Shown: positions 26,195-39,172, counted from the stretch's first letter. The stretch: DNA of 64,000 bases from Octopus vulgaris (GCA_951406725.2 OX597831.1:67766001-67830000); one strand, 5' to 3'. Program-made: numbers and translations. Notes: generated by a model not told the origin, from the letters alone.

Positions 26195-29006
26195 AAAGTC
26201 TTTAAGTTTCAATTTTATAACTGGCGAAAAGAAAAAGACAAAATAACGAGAGAGAAAAAGGATCGAAAAAAGAAAAGGAAAAAGAAGTATATTTAATCAG
26301 TTTTGTATGAATTTGATAATACTCTCTTGTCGTTTTATTCATTCCTCCAAGGTGTGATGTTAATAACACGCAAACATATTTTTCCTCATGCATTTTGAGT
26401 ATTGAAAGTGAAGCAGATTCAGAATATTTTCTGAGAATCTGCTTTTGTACACCGTTATCTCAAACGCAGCTTCAGTGAATCACAATTAAAGGAAATAGCA
26501 AAGAGATAGCTAAGATTATCAAAGAAGGTCAAACCTTCACGCATAATTTTAGCAAATACAGTACAATATGTTAACAAAACTCCTTTAATGATTAACTGGC
26601 ACCGAAATTTCGATGGCATTTCAAAAGTATTGCATGAAAGTTACCAGCATGTTGCGGAAAAATATCCTCGTTTCAAACAGATGTTTCTTCAGCCGCATAT
26701 TGTAGCCTTTAGACGGAATAAAAATATGAGAACCATTCACCTCTATTTCTAACTTCTAGAAAACTAACATTGGAGTATCTGCATGCTGTACTTTGAAAAA
26801 CAGCCGCAAGAGAGGTAAGCCCTGTTCATTGTGAAACAACTCAAGTCAAGTGAATTCCATCAGGAATCATAACAGAAATGATATCATTTATACAGAAGAT
26901 TGGACATGTAGAGATTCCCATTTAGTGTACGAGGCAGAATGTACGAAATACAACTTGGTTTATGTTGGTTGTACACCAGAACAATTAAACAAAAGATTTA
27001 ATGGGTGTCAGGCAAAATAACAGTAGTTCGACAGAACTTGCCGAACATTTTGCTTCAAATGGCTGCAATTTTGAAAAAGATTTGAAAGTGCATACTTTCA
27101 GGAAATATTCTGTATCTGCTTCACTTTCAATATTCAAAATGCATGAGGAGAAATATGTTTACGGGTTATTAACATCACGCCCTGGAGGAATGAATAAAAT
27201 GACAGGAGAATATCATCAAATTTATACAAAACTGTTTGATCAAATATTCTTTTTTCCTTTCCTTTTTTCGTTCCTTTCTCCCTCTCTCTCTCTCTTTCTG
27301 TCTTTTTCTTTTCGCCAGTTATATAATTGAAACTTAAAGACTGATGGTGTCATTCCATCAACGTGTGGACGCTGGTTGCTCTCGTTCATACTTTAGATCT
27401 GAATTTCTATAATTTTGAATTTTCATCACTTTTTATTTTGAACTCGACAAAGAAAGGCTTGCTGTCAAAATATCGTTCAGCCAATAAAATATTTATTGCA
27501 ATCGCATCGCGCTCTTCGTCTTGTCTGTTCAACTTTGTGAAGAGTTATGTCAATCCTTTTAAAATATCAAAATCAAGTAGATGGAGAACATGATTGGTTT
27601 TGTGTTACACCGAATAAGACTTGGAATGTTTAGAAATTCTAGAAGTTACCAAAATAGCCGAGTGTCTAAGGAAAATCGTAATGTAAATTACAGCTTTTGC
27701 TTTTTACAGTTGGTTTGTCTGCCCTGTTAGTTTTACTAGACCCCAGTGTTGAGCTAAATCCTGGGTGAATGGATTTTGTACCATTCAAATACGAATCAGA
27801 AAATGAGAAATCGACATTCCCATCAGTTGTAAAAATTAATAGTTTTCGTGCTAAAATCAAAAGCCATTTATCATTTCTGGAAACATGCAAACTAGAAGAA
27901 GTTATACCGGACAGTCTTACATCAAATATATCAATGTGTGCATCACAACCTGACGATTTGTTGCTTCAAAAGTTTAAATTGGTTGGGTAGAGCAGTTCAT
28001 TTAATATAATGGAAGCTATTATTGAACATTATCGTTCCAAAATTAGTATTGCTTGGTGCAGACTTTAAGGAGTGTTTGGTCTCCTTCGACAAGTATGTTC
28101 ATCTAAAAATCGTTTGAACTATTTGTGTAATTGATGAACTTTGAAAAATAGAAAATTTCGGCACTGAAGTAAAAAAAAAAAGGAAAAGAAACTGAAAAAC
28201 CTGATTCCCCATTCCTCTGAGCCAGTGGGCAGGAGAACATCTCGGTTGAGAATATTTGCTTTGAAATATGAAGAAAAGTCGCTTTTACTTTCGGGACAAA
28301 TGTTATGCGACAATTTTATTGACGCCAGGTTGAAAACCGTAGCGGAAAATTTTCCTGAAATTCCAATACAAACAACCATTTTTTCTCACACAGAATTTCT
28401 AACAAACTGTCCACACTGCACTGTTCATTCATCACACCAGGAACAATCATTTTGCATTGTCGATTAATTTTTTGCGGAGATGTTTATATTTATGACAGTT
28501 TTATCTTGCCAGTACCACAGGAACTAATAACACAAATAACAATGCTGTACTCACCACAAACGAACATAATTCCTTACAGTTCAACAAATTCAAATTACTA
28601 CTCCCCAAGTTGGCGCATATGATTGTGGACTTTTTTTGCCCTGGCTTTTGCATTTGAACCGGTCATTGGAAACGCTCCAGAAAGGTTTTTATTTGATCAG
28701 TCAAAAATGCGAACACACTTAAGATTTTGGCTCGAAAACAATCAATTTGTTCCTTTCCCGAAAGTAAAGGTTTTTCAAATTTCTACAAAAACTACGGAAG
28801 TCACTCAATTTCTATCACCCACCCAGAAATGGATTGCCCCTAGAAAGACGACTAAAAATTATGACTTCTCACATGAACATTCAGAACAAATTTTATCACC
28901 CAGTAGGTTCCATGTTTTAAGTGAAGATTCGAGCAAAGCCCCAAAAGAAGTCAGGAATCTGATGAGAGTAAGACTCTGAAAACGACTTGCCCAAGAAAAT
29001 CCATTA
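26195..29006 (+). mobile_element. Neptune-type Penelope-like element: inverted 3' repeat, RT-thumb/GIY-YIG end, spacer, then ORF start of the next tandem unit carrying a Ulp1-like domain
   Basis: 26195-26430 is an inverted copy of 27093-27342; peptides FLQPHIVAFRRNKNMR, a Cys-rich linker, TCRDSHLVYEAECTKYNLVYVGCTPEQLNKRFNG (GIY-YIG, 26901-27005) and GGMNK; PLE-type N-terminus SHLSFLETCKLEEVIPDSL at about 27860-27920. Confidence 0.85.
28255..28760 (+). pseudogene. Ulp1/C48 (clan CE) cysteine protease domain, frameshifted
   Basis: GQMLCDNFID...; NNHF (His 28448-28450); YIYDS (Asp 28494-28496); PQVGAYDCGLF (Gln 28606-28608, Cys 28624-28626); ALAFA...FDQSKMRTHL...PFP. Confidence 0.82.
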
Positions 29007-29014
29007 CTCTAGAG

Positions 29015-29390
29015 CAGTGGTCCCAACCGATTTTTAATTTTTGACCATGCCCCACCGAATCATTTCTAAAATCCTGATGCCCCCTTGTGATATTTAATTT
29101 TTGTTAATCAAAATTTGGTTAATGTTTACAATATTACCCGGAAACAAAATAGTAAAAAATAGTGCAATGGATGTAAAAAAAAAATGTGTAGGAAATGAAT
29201 ATGAAAAAAAAAAAATGCGCGGAAAGCAATGGGTGCTATTTCTAATATTTTCGGTATGTGGTTTAAGCAACTTGTTGCAAAAACCCCTTTATTATAATTA
29301 TATAAATTTTTACCGAATATGGTCCTTTCCATACCGAAACACTACTAGGTGAAATTTATTGATTTTATTAAATTAATTATATTTCACACT
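29015..29390. mobile_element. hAT (Charlie-like) non-autonomous element, one end only
   Basis: Starts CAGTGGTCCCAACC directly after CTCTAGAG (29007-29014), matching the NTCTAGAN target preference; the other terminus was not found. Confidence 0.6.
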
Positions 29391-29435
29391 TTATCTGTAT
29401 ATCTATGTATATGTATGTATGTACGTATATGTGTG

Positions 29436-29517
<82 letters not shown>

Positions 29518-29758
29518 AAGGAATATTCTTCCTAACTTACAGGGAAAAATTCAATTTAGAAATACTAAATCAAATTTCAGAAAATATAATATATATATAT
29601 AAATTAGAAAAAGACCACCTTTTATCAATTCAAAATGAACAATTAAATTACAACATCTAGTAAATTACATATAATAGAAATATTAAAAATAAAATAATAA
29701 TATACCCATGATTAAGTAAATTGCAAAATAATAATAAAAACGTTTATATTTGGCAGAA

Positions 29759-29864
29759 TAACGACACGTGTTTCGTGGCTATATTTAAGAAATGATTATA
29801 GTAAAAAAAAATTAACAGTAGTAGTAAAATCACTTCGATATAAATTTAGCCACTCATCAGGTTA
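29759..29864 (-). ncRNA. Intact minimal type I hammerhead ribozyme with extended domain II, within an AT-rich PLE repeat (about 29515-31300)
   Basis: TAAC-CTGATGA-GTGGCTAAATTTA-(53 nt)-TAAATATAGCCAC-GAAA-C-ACGT-GTC/GTTA; all core nucleotides present, GUC site, palindromic loop III. Confidence 0.85.
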
Positions 29865-29934
29865 AAAATAAACTAGAATAATAAAATAATTAATTAATAA
29901 ATATACGTAAAAATCTTTTATTATATATATATAT

Positions 29935-30944
29935 TGTTACGACCTGCCGTCGCTCAAACTCTTCGGAAACTCGGGACCCTAACAAATCGAGCGACGACGA
30001 TTGACCGGCTCGATCGAACGGGGAATTCGCCACGGAAAGAGAGGGCTCGGTGGGGGTGGGGTGGCAGCGAACCCGGCGACCGGAGAGAACAACAACAACA
30101 ACAGCAGGAAGAGATACAGAGAGAGACGGCGGAAGGCAATTGGCTTAAATTTAACAACAGTTTATAACAATTACGACATCAAATACAATGTGATACATAG
30201 CAGATACACTAAAGAAAGTAACATGCAACAGAATTAACAAGAAAACAAAATCAAAGCATTTAAACAGTCACGTCGAATCAGAACAAATAATGTTCACATT
30301 AAAGTCTTTCTCTTTCTTTTTCTTTTCGACACAGTTCTTTCTTTTTCCTCTTTCCTTCTTTCTCTATTTTTCACATCAATTCTCTTTTTTAGTTCAACGA
30401 TTCTTTTCAACCTCATTTCTTTTCTTTAACAACTCTTTTTAACACAATTCACATCAAAACATAAACAACATATACCGTTACATTTTCTAGTTACAATAAT
30501 TTCAGAAACTCCCACTACGAATAGCCAATGCCTTCATGCCGTAGTCCCTCTCTCTCGCTACTCTTAATCCTATCTGCCTGTCTTCCTCTACGCTGTCATC
30601 CTCTCGCTTGTCATCTCTCACATTCACTCTCTGTCCTTCTCAACGATGTAGTTGCCTTTCCCATCGCCACCTTCCTGGCTGACCGTCCGTATCACTCCTG
30701 TCTGGCCAAAACTGACGACCGACTGCTTGCAATTGCCGACTGACTGACAAACTCCCAGCGCATCGCATTTTAAAGGGTGGTCTCTTAAACTTTCCTTGAT
30801 CGGCAGAGGGCCAAAGGTCTCCTCCGAATACATAAACCTCCCCAGAAACTGACAGAACAAAAGATTTACCCGTCTCCCTGACGTCAGATCACAAAAGTAG
30901 GTCGCAGCACTCTTATCTTCTGAACTGAACTGACCCCCATATCA
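29935..30944 (-). mobile_element. Solo LTR (Gypsy-like), about 1010 bp
   Basis: TG...CA termini (TGTTAC / ATATCA); ATAT on both sides as a 4-bp TSD; CpG-rich island within AT-rich DNA. Strand inferred from a TTTAAAA...TCAGTC promoter-like run on the minus strand. Confidence 0.7.
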
Positions 30945-31303
30945 ATATATATATATATATATATATATAAGATATTAAATATACATTAAGTGAAAGCGAA
31001 AAACAACACTTAAATTATACAATACTTTTAAATTAATTAATATACACAATGCTAGTACAAGCCATTGATATTGTAATCAAAATAAGAAATGGTTCAAATA
31101 TAGATAAACTCATTAAATAAGCTAACTATATAATTAACATATATGTGTAGTATCTATAGATTTAATATATCACTCAATAATATAGTTGACTAAATATCAA
31201 TTAATATAATACCTAATTATCTTAAATTTAATACTACTTAATGTATATACCACCTAATTATTAAATAATATATTTTCTAACAAAATTAATTCTCAAATTA
31301 AAT

Positions 31304-31640
<337 letters not shown>

Positions 31641-31812
31641 ATAGGCGCGGCAGTGGCTGTGTGGTAAGTAGCTTGCTTACCAACCACATGGTCATGGGTT
31701 CAGTCCCACTGTGTGGCACCTTGCGCAAGTGTCTTCTACTATAGCCTCAGGCCGATCAAAGCCTTGTGAGTGGATTTGGTAGACGGAAACTGAAAGAAGC
31801 CTGTCGTATATG
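31641..31812 (+). mobile_element. SINE family A, 5' half
   Basis: Head through gaagcctgtcgtata, then interrupted by a PLE remnant. Confidence 0.88.
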
Positions 31813-31813
31813 T

Positions 31814-32300
31814 ATTATTTCTATGCCAATATGCTGATAACAGACATTTAAATCGTCAATTTCCACATATTGTATACCCACTACTGAAATGTAGATATAA
31901 CTGGGGTACTTATATGTACTCGTGACTTTTGCTTCGGCTTTTTTTCCATGGGCGCATGTAAGTATTTCATTTATTTCTTTTTGTATTTTCTACTGAAGAG
32001 GAAAAAAATCTATGAGATTAATTCCGAAATTGATTCAATATAGAAATAACGAGCTTTTTAAAAAAAATTCTGTTGACTAGCTTCCCGATTTCACTACAAC
32101 GTATTTCTGTAGTGGGTATATAATATATGGAAATTGACGATTTAAAAGTCTGTTATCAGCATATTGGCATAGAAATAATTTTCTTTTGCCCATGTTTATA
32201 CGTTGTTTATAATTTTAACCTTTAAAAGTATTTTCATATGCTGCCACTTTTTGATTAAATTTTTTTCTGTAAAAAAATTCATCCTATATTAGTAGTATAA
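31814..32300 (+). mobile_element. PLE terminal-repeat remnant with inverted repeat
   Basis: 31815-31890 is an inverted copy of 32103-32180 and brackets the hammerhead at 31987-32046. Confidence 0.7.
31987..32046 (+). ncRNA. Intact minimal type I hammerhead ribozyme
   Basis: TTTCTA-CTGAAGA-GGAA...TTCC-GAAA-TTGATTCAA-TA/TAGAAA; 6-bp stem I, AUA site, near-palindromic stem III. Confidence 0.8.
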
Positions 32301-32353
<53 letters not shown>

Positions 32354-33025
32354 CATACATAGATACATATATATATACATATATACATATATATACATAT
32401 ATACATATACATATATATATATACATATATATACATACATATATATGTATATATATATACATATATATATATATACAGATATATACTTGCATATGTAAAC
32501 ACGTATATACATATATCTATATAGATGCATATATATATATATCCACATGCATACATATATAGATACATACATATATATATATAGAGATATATATATGTCC
32601 ATACATAAATATATATATATATACATATATATATATGTTCATACATATATATATACATATATATATATATACATACATATATATATATGTTCATACATAT
32701 ATATATGCATATATACATATATATATATATATATGTTCATACATACATATGTATATATGATCATACATATATATCTATATGCGTATATACATATACATAT
32801 ATATATATGTTTTTATGTTTTCGTTTCTCATTGTGTTCAACGTATTTTGATGTCCTGTACCCATATATGCATGTATATATACATATAGATGCAGGTATGT
32901 AGATATATGTATGTATATATGCATATGTTTATATATTATTTATGTTATTATATGATCGAACGCCACACATCCATTTCCAAATATATATACATATACATAC
33001 ATATATATATATACATACGTATATG

Positions 33026-33057
<32 letters not shown>

Positions 33058-33069
33058 CATATATATACA

Positions 33070-33117
<48 letters not shown>

Positions 33118-33196
33118 TATATATATACATATATATACATATGTATATATATACATATATACATATACATATATATACATACATACATACATACAT

Positions 33197-33227
<31 letters not shown>

Positions 33228-33261
33228 CGTAGATACATACACACACACACACACACACATA
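32300..33261. repeat. Compound (TA)n/(CA)n/(TACA)n microsatellite field
   Basis: Read directly; it is the source of the IYIY/CVCV ORFs. Confidence 0.95.
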
Positions 33262-33263
33262 TA

Positions 33264-34527
33264 CGAGGGGCGTTCAATAAGTAATGCCCCTGACCCACTT
33301 CCCATAATAGTAGAACAACGAAACTTGGCACAGTTATTAGTTTTTTTCTACATAGGAATCATCCAGAGTTACGCATTTCTCCCTTCGTTTTTGTAGAAGA
33401 CCCCAGCTTGGTCCTCCAACCACGACGTGACTTCAGAAATCAAGGTGGCTTCATCTGGGAAACGCTTTCCTTTCAGAAACAACTTCATGGATGGAAAGAG
33501 GTGAAAATCAGAGGGTGCAAGGTCAGGAGAGTAGGGGGGATGGGGGAGGAGTTCATAGCCGCACGCCTGTACTTCTGATCTGGCGACACGCGAGTTGTGG
33601 ACCGGAGCGTTGTCCTGCAGGAGGAGGATGCCTTTGCTGATCTTGCCCCGCCTCTTGATTTTGATAGCTTCTCTTAATTTCCTCAAAAGTGAAGCATAAT
33701 AGGCTCCTGTAATTGTGGTAGCCTTTGCCAGGAAATCTGTCATCACTACTCCGTCCTAGTCCCAGAAGACTGTGAGCATGACCTTGCCAGCGAAGGGCTG
33801 CACCCTTGCATTCTTTGGAGGAGGTAAGTCACGCTGCTTCCACTGCATTGACTGGGCTTTGGTCTCTGGATCATAGTGATGGACCCAGGTTTCATCCTGT
33901 GTAATCAGTCTTTTGAAAAATTTTGACTCATCTTCTTGGCACATCTCCAAATTCATCCTTGAGCACTCGACGCGTTCTTGCTTCTGGAAAGGTGTGAGCA
34001 ACCTGGGAATCCATCTGGCAGACACCTTTTGCATATGCAAATGGTCCTGAATGATAGTTTCCACAGACCCGGTACTAATCTTGACCTCATGGGCTATTTG
34101 GTGAATTGTTATGCGTCGATCTTCCAAAATGGCAGCCTCAACTTGACGGACAGATGCCTCATGAGTGGCAGAAGTGGGGCGACCAGATCTGGGAGCTGTT
34201 TCCACAGAGTTCCGACCATGTTTGAATTCACGATGCCAGAGTTTTACACGGTCATATGATGGGGCATCATCACCATAAGTTACTTTCATTTCATCAAAAG
34301 TCTCCCGTGCTGTGTGTCCTTTCAAATACAAAAACCGGATCACTGCTCGACACTCAACAGGCTCCATTTCACACTTGACTCAGTTCAAACACCTGTAAAT
34401 CAGAAACCACAATTAGTTCAGAGCTGTAATTTGCCACTTAATCTATAGAGATATAAATAATTGCAAAATTTCAGCTAGATCAAACAACTGCAAGTGGGTC
34501 AGGGGCATTACTTATCGAACGTCCCTC

Positions 34528-34528
<1 letters not shown>
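33264..34528 (-). mobile_element. Full-length mariner (DD34D) transposon, 1265 bp
   Basis: 37-bp terminal inverted repeats (cgaggggcgttcaataagtaatgcccctgacccactt, 2 mismatches); TA duplication on both sides. Confidence 0.97.
33338..34367 (-). pseudogene. mariner transposase with one in-frame stop and a C-terminal frameshift
   Basis: WIPRLL, TQDETW, QDNA-(34 aa)-D and YSPDLAPSD motifs; TAG at 33756-33758; the C-terminal EKCV...YVEK is out of frame near 33385. Confidence 0.93.
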
Positions 34529-34589
<61 letters not shown>

Positions 34590-34591
<2 letters not shown>

Positions 34592-35012
34592 GGTGGTCGT
34601 CTCCTCATTATCGAGTATGGTCATTGCACGAAGCTTAATCAATGTTGTTATCATGCAATGCCTGTGCAACAAGATTTTTTTTTAAGTAAGGAAAGGCTGT
34701 GCACTGAGTCAATCCCACTCACTAAGCAACAGCAGCCATAATCCGAAAAGAAGAACAAGTCAACATCATTGGTAACAACTGAGCCGCAGGTTTTATGTCA
34801 GAGTTATCCCAGTTATCTGAGTTACCTTCTCCTAGAAGGATGCCCTAACAAAGGCTAGGAGTCCTTCACTCCCAATGGTTTAGTCGCACGATCAGGTATT
34901 CAGTCCGATTATTTCTATGTCCCCGCACTTGGTACATCCTTAAAACATTTATTGGATGCTCGTTGACTCTCAAGAGTTCCTCCGCCCTTTGGCGGGTTTT
35001 GTTTTTCGTCCC
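34590..35012 (-). mobile_element. Non-autonomous RTE derivative (5' UTR-like part joined to a 3' end)
   Basis: Minus strand has cccgccaaagggcggaggaactcttgagagt and ctaggagaaggtaactc, which resemble RTE 5' UTR motifs as recalled; no ORF; flanked by (TA)n. Confidence 0.5.
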
Positions 35013-35061
35013 ATATATATATACGTACATACATACACACACATATATATACGTACATATT

Positions 35062-35123
<62 letters not shown>

Positions 35124-35129
35124 CATACA

Positions 35130-38000
35130 TATATATATTAAAAATTTCAAAACCATTCGTGCTGATCGTGCTGGCAGAAGAAAGGGTGGGACTGCCATTT
35201 ATGTTCATGATTCATTCTCAACAGAAGCCATGAACATATTTTCCAATGGATACTGCGAAGCAGTCGCTGTATTCAGTCAAACCAACAACTTAACAGTAGT
35301 TGGGCTCTACAGACTACCCCAAACGCCCCTACCATGCTTCAAGGAATGCCTCAACAACATAAAGTGTTACATTCAGCAGTGTCAACCTGACAACATTTTA
35401 ATGATGGGAGACTTCAACCTTCCCGGGGTTGACTGGTCTACAAACAGTCTGCTGCCAGGCTCTTCTCTCTCAACCCCTGACAGGGAGGCAGTGGAATCGC
35501 TTCTTGACTTCATGGATGATTTCTTCCTGTCCCAACTGGTACTCGAACCAACGAGATGTCATAAAAACGTCTTAGACTTAATTTTCAGCAATCACACTGA
35601 TACTATCCACAATATTGCAGTGGAGAAAACCCTACTCTCCGATCATGACATGGTTCTCTGTGATCTGAGATTTCACTGGCCAAAATGCAAAAAAAATGTC
35701 ATCCCTCCTGTTCATCCATTTGACACTATGGATTTCCACAATGCAAACTGGGAAGCGATCAATAATGATCTTGCACAAGTCGATTGGTCCTTCACGCACA
35801 CATACACACCCACTAACATCAAAAAGTCCTGGCAGTCATTTGTAGACACCATTACGAACATGTGTGCAAAACACACCCCATTAAGATCTGCAAACAAATC
35901 TAAGTGTCGAATCCCTAGAAATAGAAAATCTCTCATCAGGAAAATTAAAAGAATTAACAAAAAAATCAACAAGCTGAAATACTGTCAACAGCAACACACC
36001 AACCTGACTGCCATCTCGTCGCTAGAGATTAAAAAATATAAACTCCAAAACAACATGATGTCTATCATCAATAGTCAGCGAAGAGCTGAAGAGGCCTGGG
36101 CCATTGAGAAGATCAAACTCAATCCCAAAGTGTTCTTTTCATTTGCAAAAAAAACACAGAGTCACTGGTTCTACTGTTGGCCCTCTGATTGATGAAAATG
36201 GTACTCTTCAAGACAATGCCAAAACCATGGGAGAGATATTGCAGAAACAATATTGCTCTGTTTTCAGCATTCCTGATATGGCTGATCTGGGCTGTATCAG
36301 TGATGTTACTCCCCAATACACTTTATCGGACATAACCTTTGGTGCTCCTGATGTCTTAGCAGCAATAAAGGAAATGAAGCATAATTCAGCAGTAGGTCCC
36401 GATAGGTTCCCTGCTTGTGTCTTGAAGATGTGTCAAAACCAACTTGCACCCCCTCTAGCCAATCTGTGGCGGAACTCACTGGATGCTGGATATATACCAG
36501 AAGACCTTCTATCCCAGTCTGTTGTCCCAGTTTTCAAAAAGGAAACAAATCGCTTGCCGTGAATTACTGTCCAATCTCACTCTCCTCTCATATCATTAAG
36601 GTATTTGAGAGAGTGCTGAGATCGCGTATGACTCACTTCCTTGAGAGTCATAATATGCTGAACTCCAACCAGCATGGATTCCGTAATGGGAGAGATTGCC
36701 TGACGCAGCTACTGCATCATTTTGATGACATTTTGAGAGCCTTGGGAGAGGGTTCCAACACTGATGTCATCTACCTTGATTTCAGCAAGGCTTTTGACAG
36801 GGTTGATCATAAGATCCTTCTGAGAAAGCTGTCCAATATTGGTGTCACTGGAAAGCTGCTGCAGTGGATCAAGTGCTTCCTGTCTAACAGAACCCAACAT
36901 GTTGTAGTTGAAGGAGTCAAATCCAGCCCAGCCAAAGTCAGCAGTGGTGTCCCACAAGGCACTGTGTTGGGCCCACTTCTCTTCATCATCTACATAAATG
37001 ATATTACTGACACCATCAAACACAGTAACATCAGAACCTTCGCTGATGATTCCAAGCTCCAGAAGGTCATCAATGGCGTGGATGACCGAATAAGCCTTCA
37101 GTCAGACCTACTGGCTGTTGTCCAATGGGCGGAAAAGAATAACATGTTGCTAAATGAAGACAAATTCGAACTGATCCACTTTGGAAGGGAAGACGCTCTG
37201 AAACTCCCATACTCTCTTCCTTCTGGAGAAATTCTCATGGCATCCAACAACATCAGAGACTTGGGAGTAACAGTGGACAACAACATAAGCTGGGCTACAC
37301 ATATAAGCAGCAAAGTTGACATGGCCCGCAGAATGTGTTCCTGGATTCTCAGAACCTTCCAGTCGAGAGATTCCCACACTATTATCCTTCTCTTCTCCAC
37401 TTTTGCCCGACCCCACCTTGAATACTGCTGTCCACTGTGGTCTCCCTACACAAAACAAAATATTATGAGAATTGAAGCTCCCCAAAGGTCAATCACAAAA
37501 AAGATAGATGGCATGTCAGACCTTGACTACTGGGGTAGACTAGAGAAGCTGAAACTGTATTCACTCCAACGACGCCGTGAACGCTACATTATCTGTATGG
37601 TGTGGAAAATATTCCATCAGCACTGTCCGAATGATGTTGGCATCACCTTCAAAATACATCCAAGGCTTGGACCATGTGCTATCCATCCACAACAAAAATC
37701 TAAATCGCATCACATAATGACAATACGGCACAACTATTTAACCTCAATTGGACCCGCTCTTTTCAACATTACACCAGGACACGTCAAAAAAGAAACTGAC
37801 CACACAAAATTCAAGAAGTCTTTGGACAAATTCCTTCAAACAGTCTTGGACAAACCACCCACACCCGGATATGTCTCTGCAAACAATAACTCTCTGCTCG
37901 AATGGGCCTTGGTGCCCAAATCCTGAATTGAAAGACTTCGCCAGGTGGTGCTATTAAGTTAGACTTGGCCTGGGCCAATACTGGCCAAAACCTTTCTAAG
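35130..38000 (+). mobile_element. CR1-group LINE, 5'-truncated ORF2 (APE endonuclease plus RT) with two frameshifts
   Basis: MGDFNLP, LDLIF and SDH (APE); GPD, YLDFSKAFD, GVPQGTVLGPLLF and FADD (RT); stop at 37926; inserted in (TA)n. Confidence 0.95.
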
Positions 38001-38055
38001 TTATATACATATATATATGTATGTATATATATATAGATACACACACACACATATG

Positions 38056-38105
<50 letters not shown>

Positions 38106-38114
38106 CATATATAT

Positions 38115-38193
<79 letters not shown>

Positions 38194-38194
38194 T

Positions 38195-38249
<55 letters not shown>

Positions 38250-39172
38250 CGTATCTATGTATGTGTGTATCTCTCTCTATATATATATATATGTATATAT
38301 ACACACACATATAGATATAATTGCCTTATTGCAGTTAATAATTCTGGCATGGATTACTAAGTAGAGCAGGTTATGTGTTCTCTTACCATTTATCAAAATG
38401 AACTTGTACTGCACTGCAGCAGCAGCTATGTCAGTAACCATGCTTGCAGCTGAGATTTATATTATCTTCTGAAAGAGGACTGTGGGATTTAAAGACAAAA
38501 TAATCTTCCTTGCCACATTGATAAGAGTAACATTGGTATTGTAAGGCCTAACTGGCAGGAAGCCAAATAAACTGTTTTAATGCATGCTTTTCTTGTGTTT
38601 TTTTTCCCTTTTAATTTTGTATTTTTGCTCATTTTTCTATTTGCTGTCTTTTCTCTCTGTTTCATGAATTCTAAGGTGTTATAAATTTCCAGATTCACAG
38701 AATTGGTTGGAGAAAGTAGGGCATAGATGTATGCTTGTCTGAATACATTAAATTTAAAATCCCTTTTACTTATGGTTAGATAATGTTAGTGAACTTGGAA
38801 ATGTTCATGATGAGGATGAGGATGGCTATGATGGTATGAATGATGAGGATGATGTCAATAATGGTGATAACAGTAATTTTGATGATAAAACTGAAGATAG
38901 TGATGGTCATAAGAATGAATCAACATTGTTGTCATTCTCATCATCACTGTCATCATCATTATCATCATGATGCGGTGATATGAAGTGGCATAAGGTCAGT
39001 TATATTTCATTTTTTATGTCCTGTACCCATATATGCATGAATATATACATATACATATGTATATATATATACATACGTATATGCAGACACACACACACAC
39101 ACACACATATATATACGTACATACATATACACACACACACACATACACATATATACATATATATACGTAGAT

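Noticed and set aside
27340-27375. Hammerhead at the end of the Neptune PLE (CTGATGG-tgtc...gac)
   Set aside because: It is in the expected position, but the core is altered and GAAA is absent; too degenerate to call.
33338-34367. Domesticated SETMAR-like gene
   Set aside because: Intact TIRs and TA duplication, a stop and a frameshift, and no SET domain.
34955-35012. Complete HDV-like ribozyme
   Set aside because: Could not assign P1/P1' and P2 pairings.
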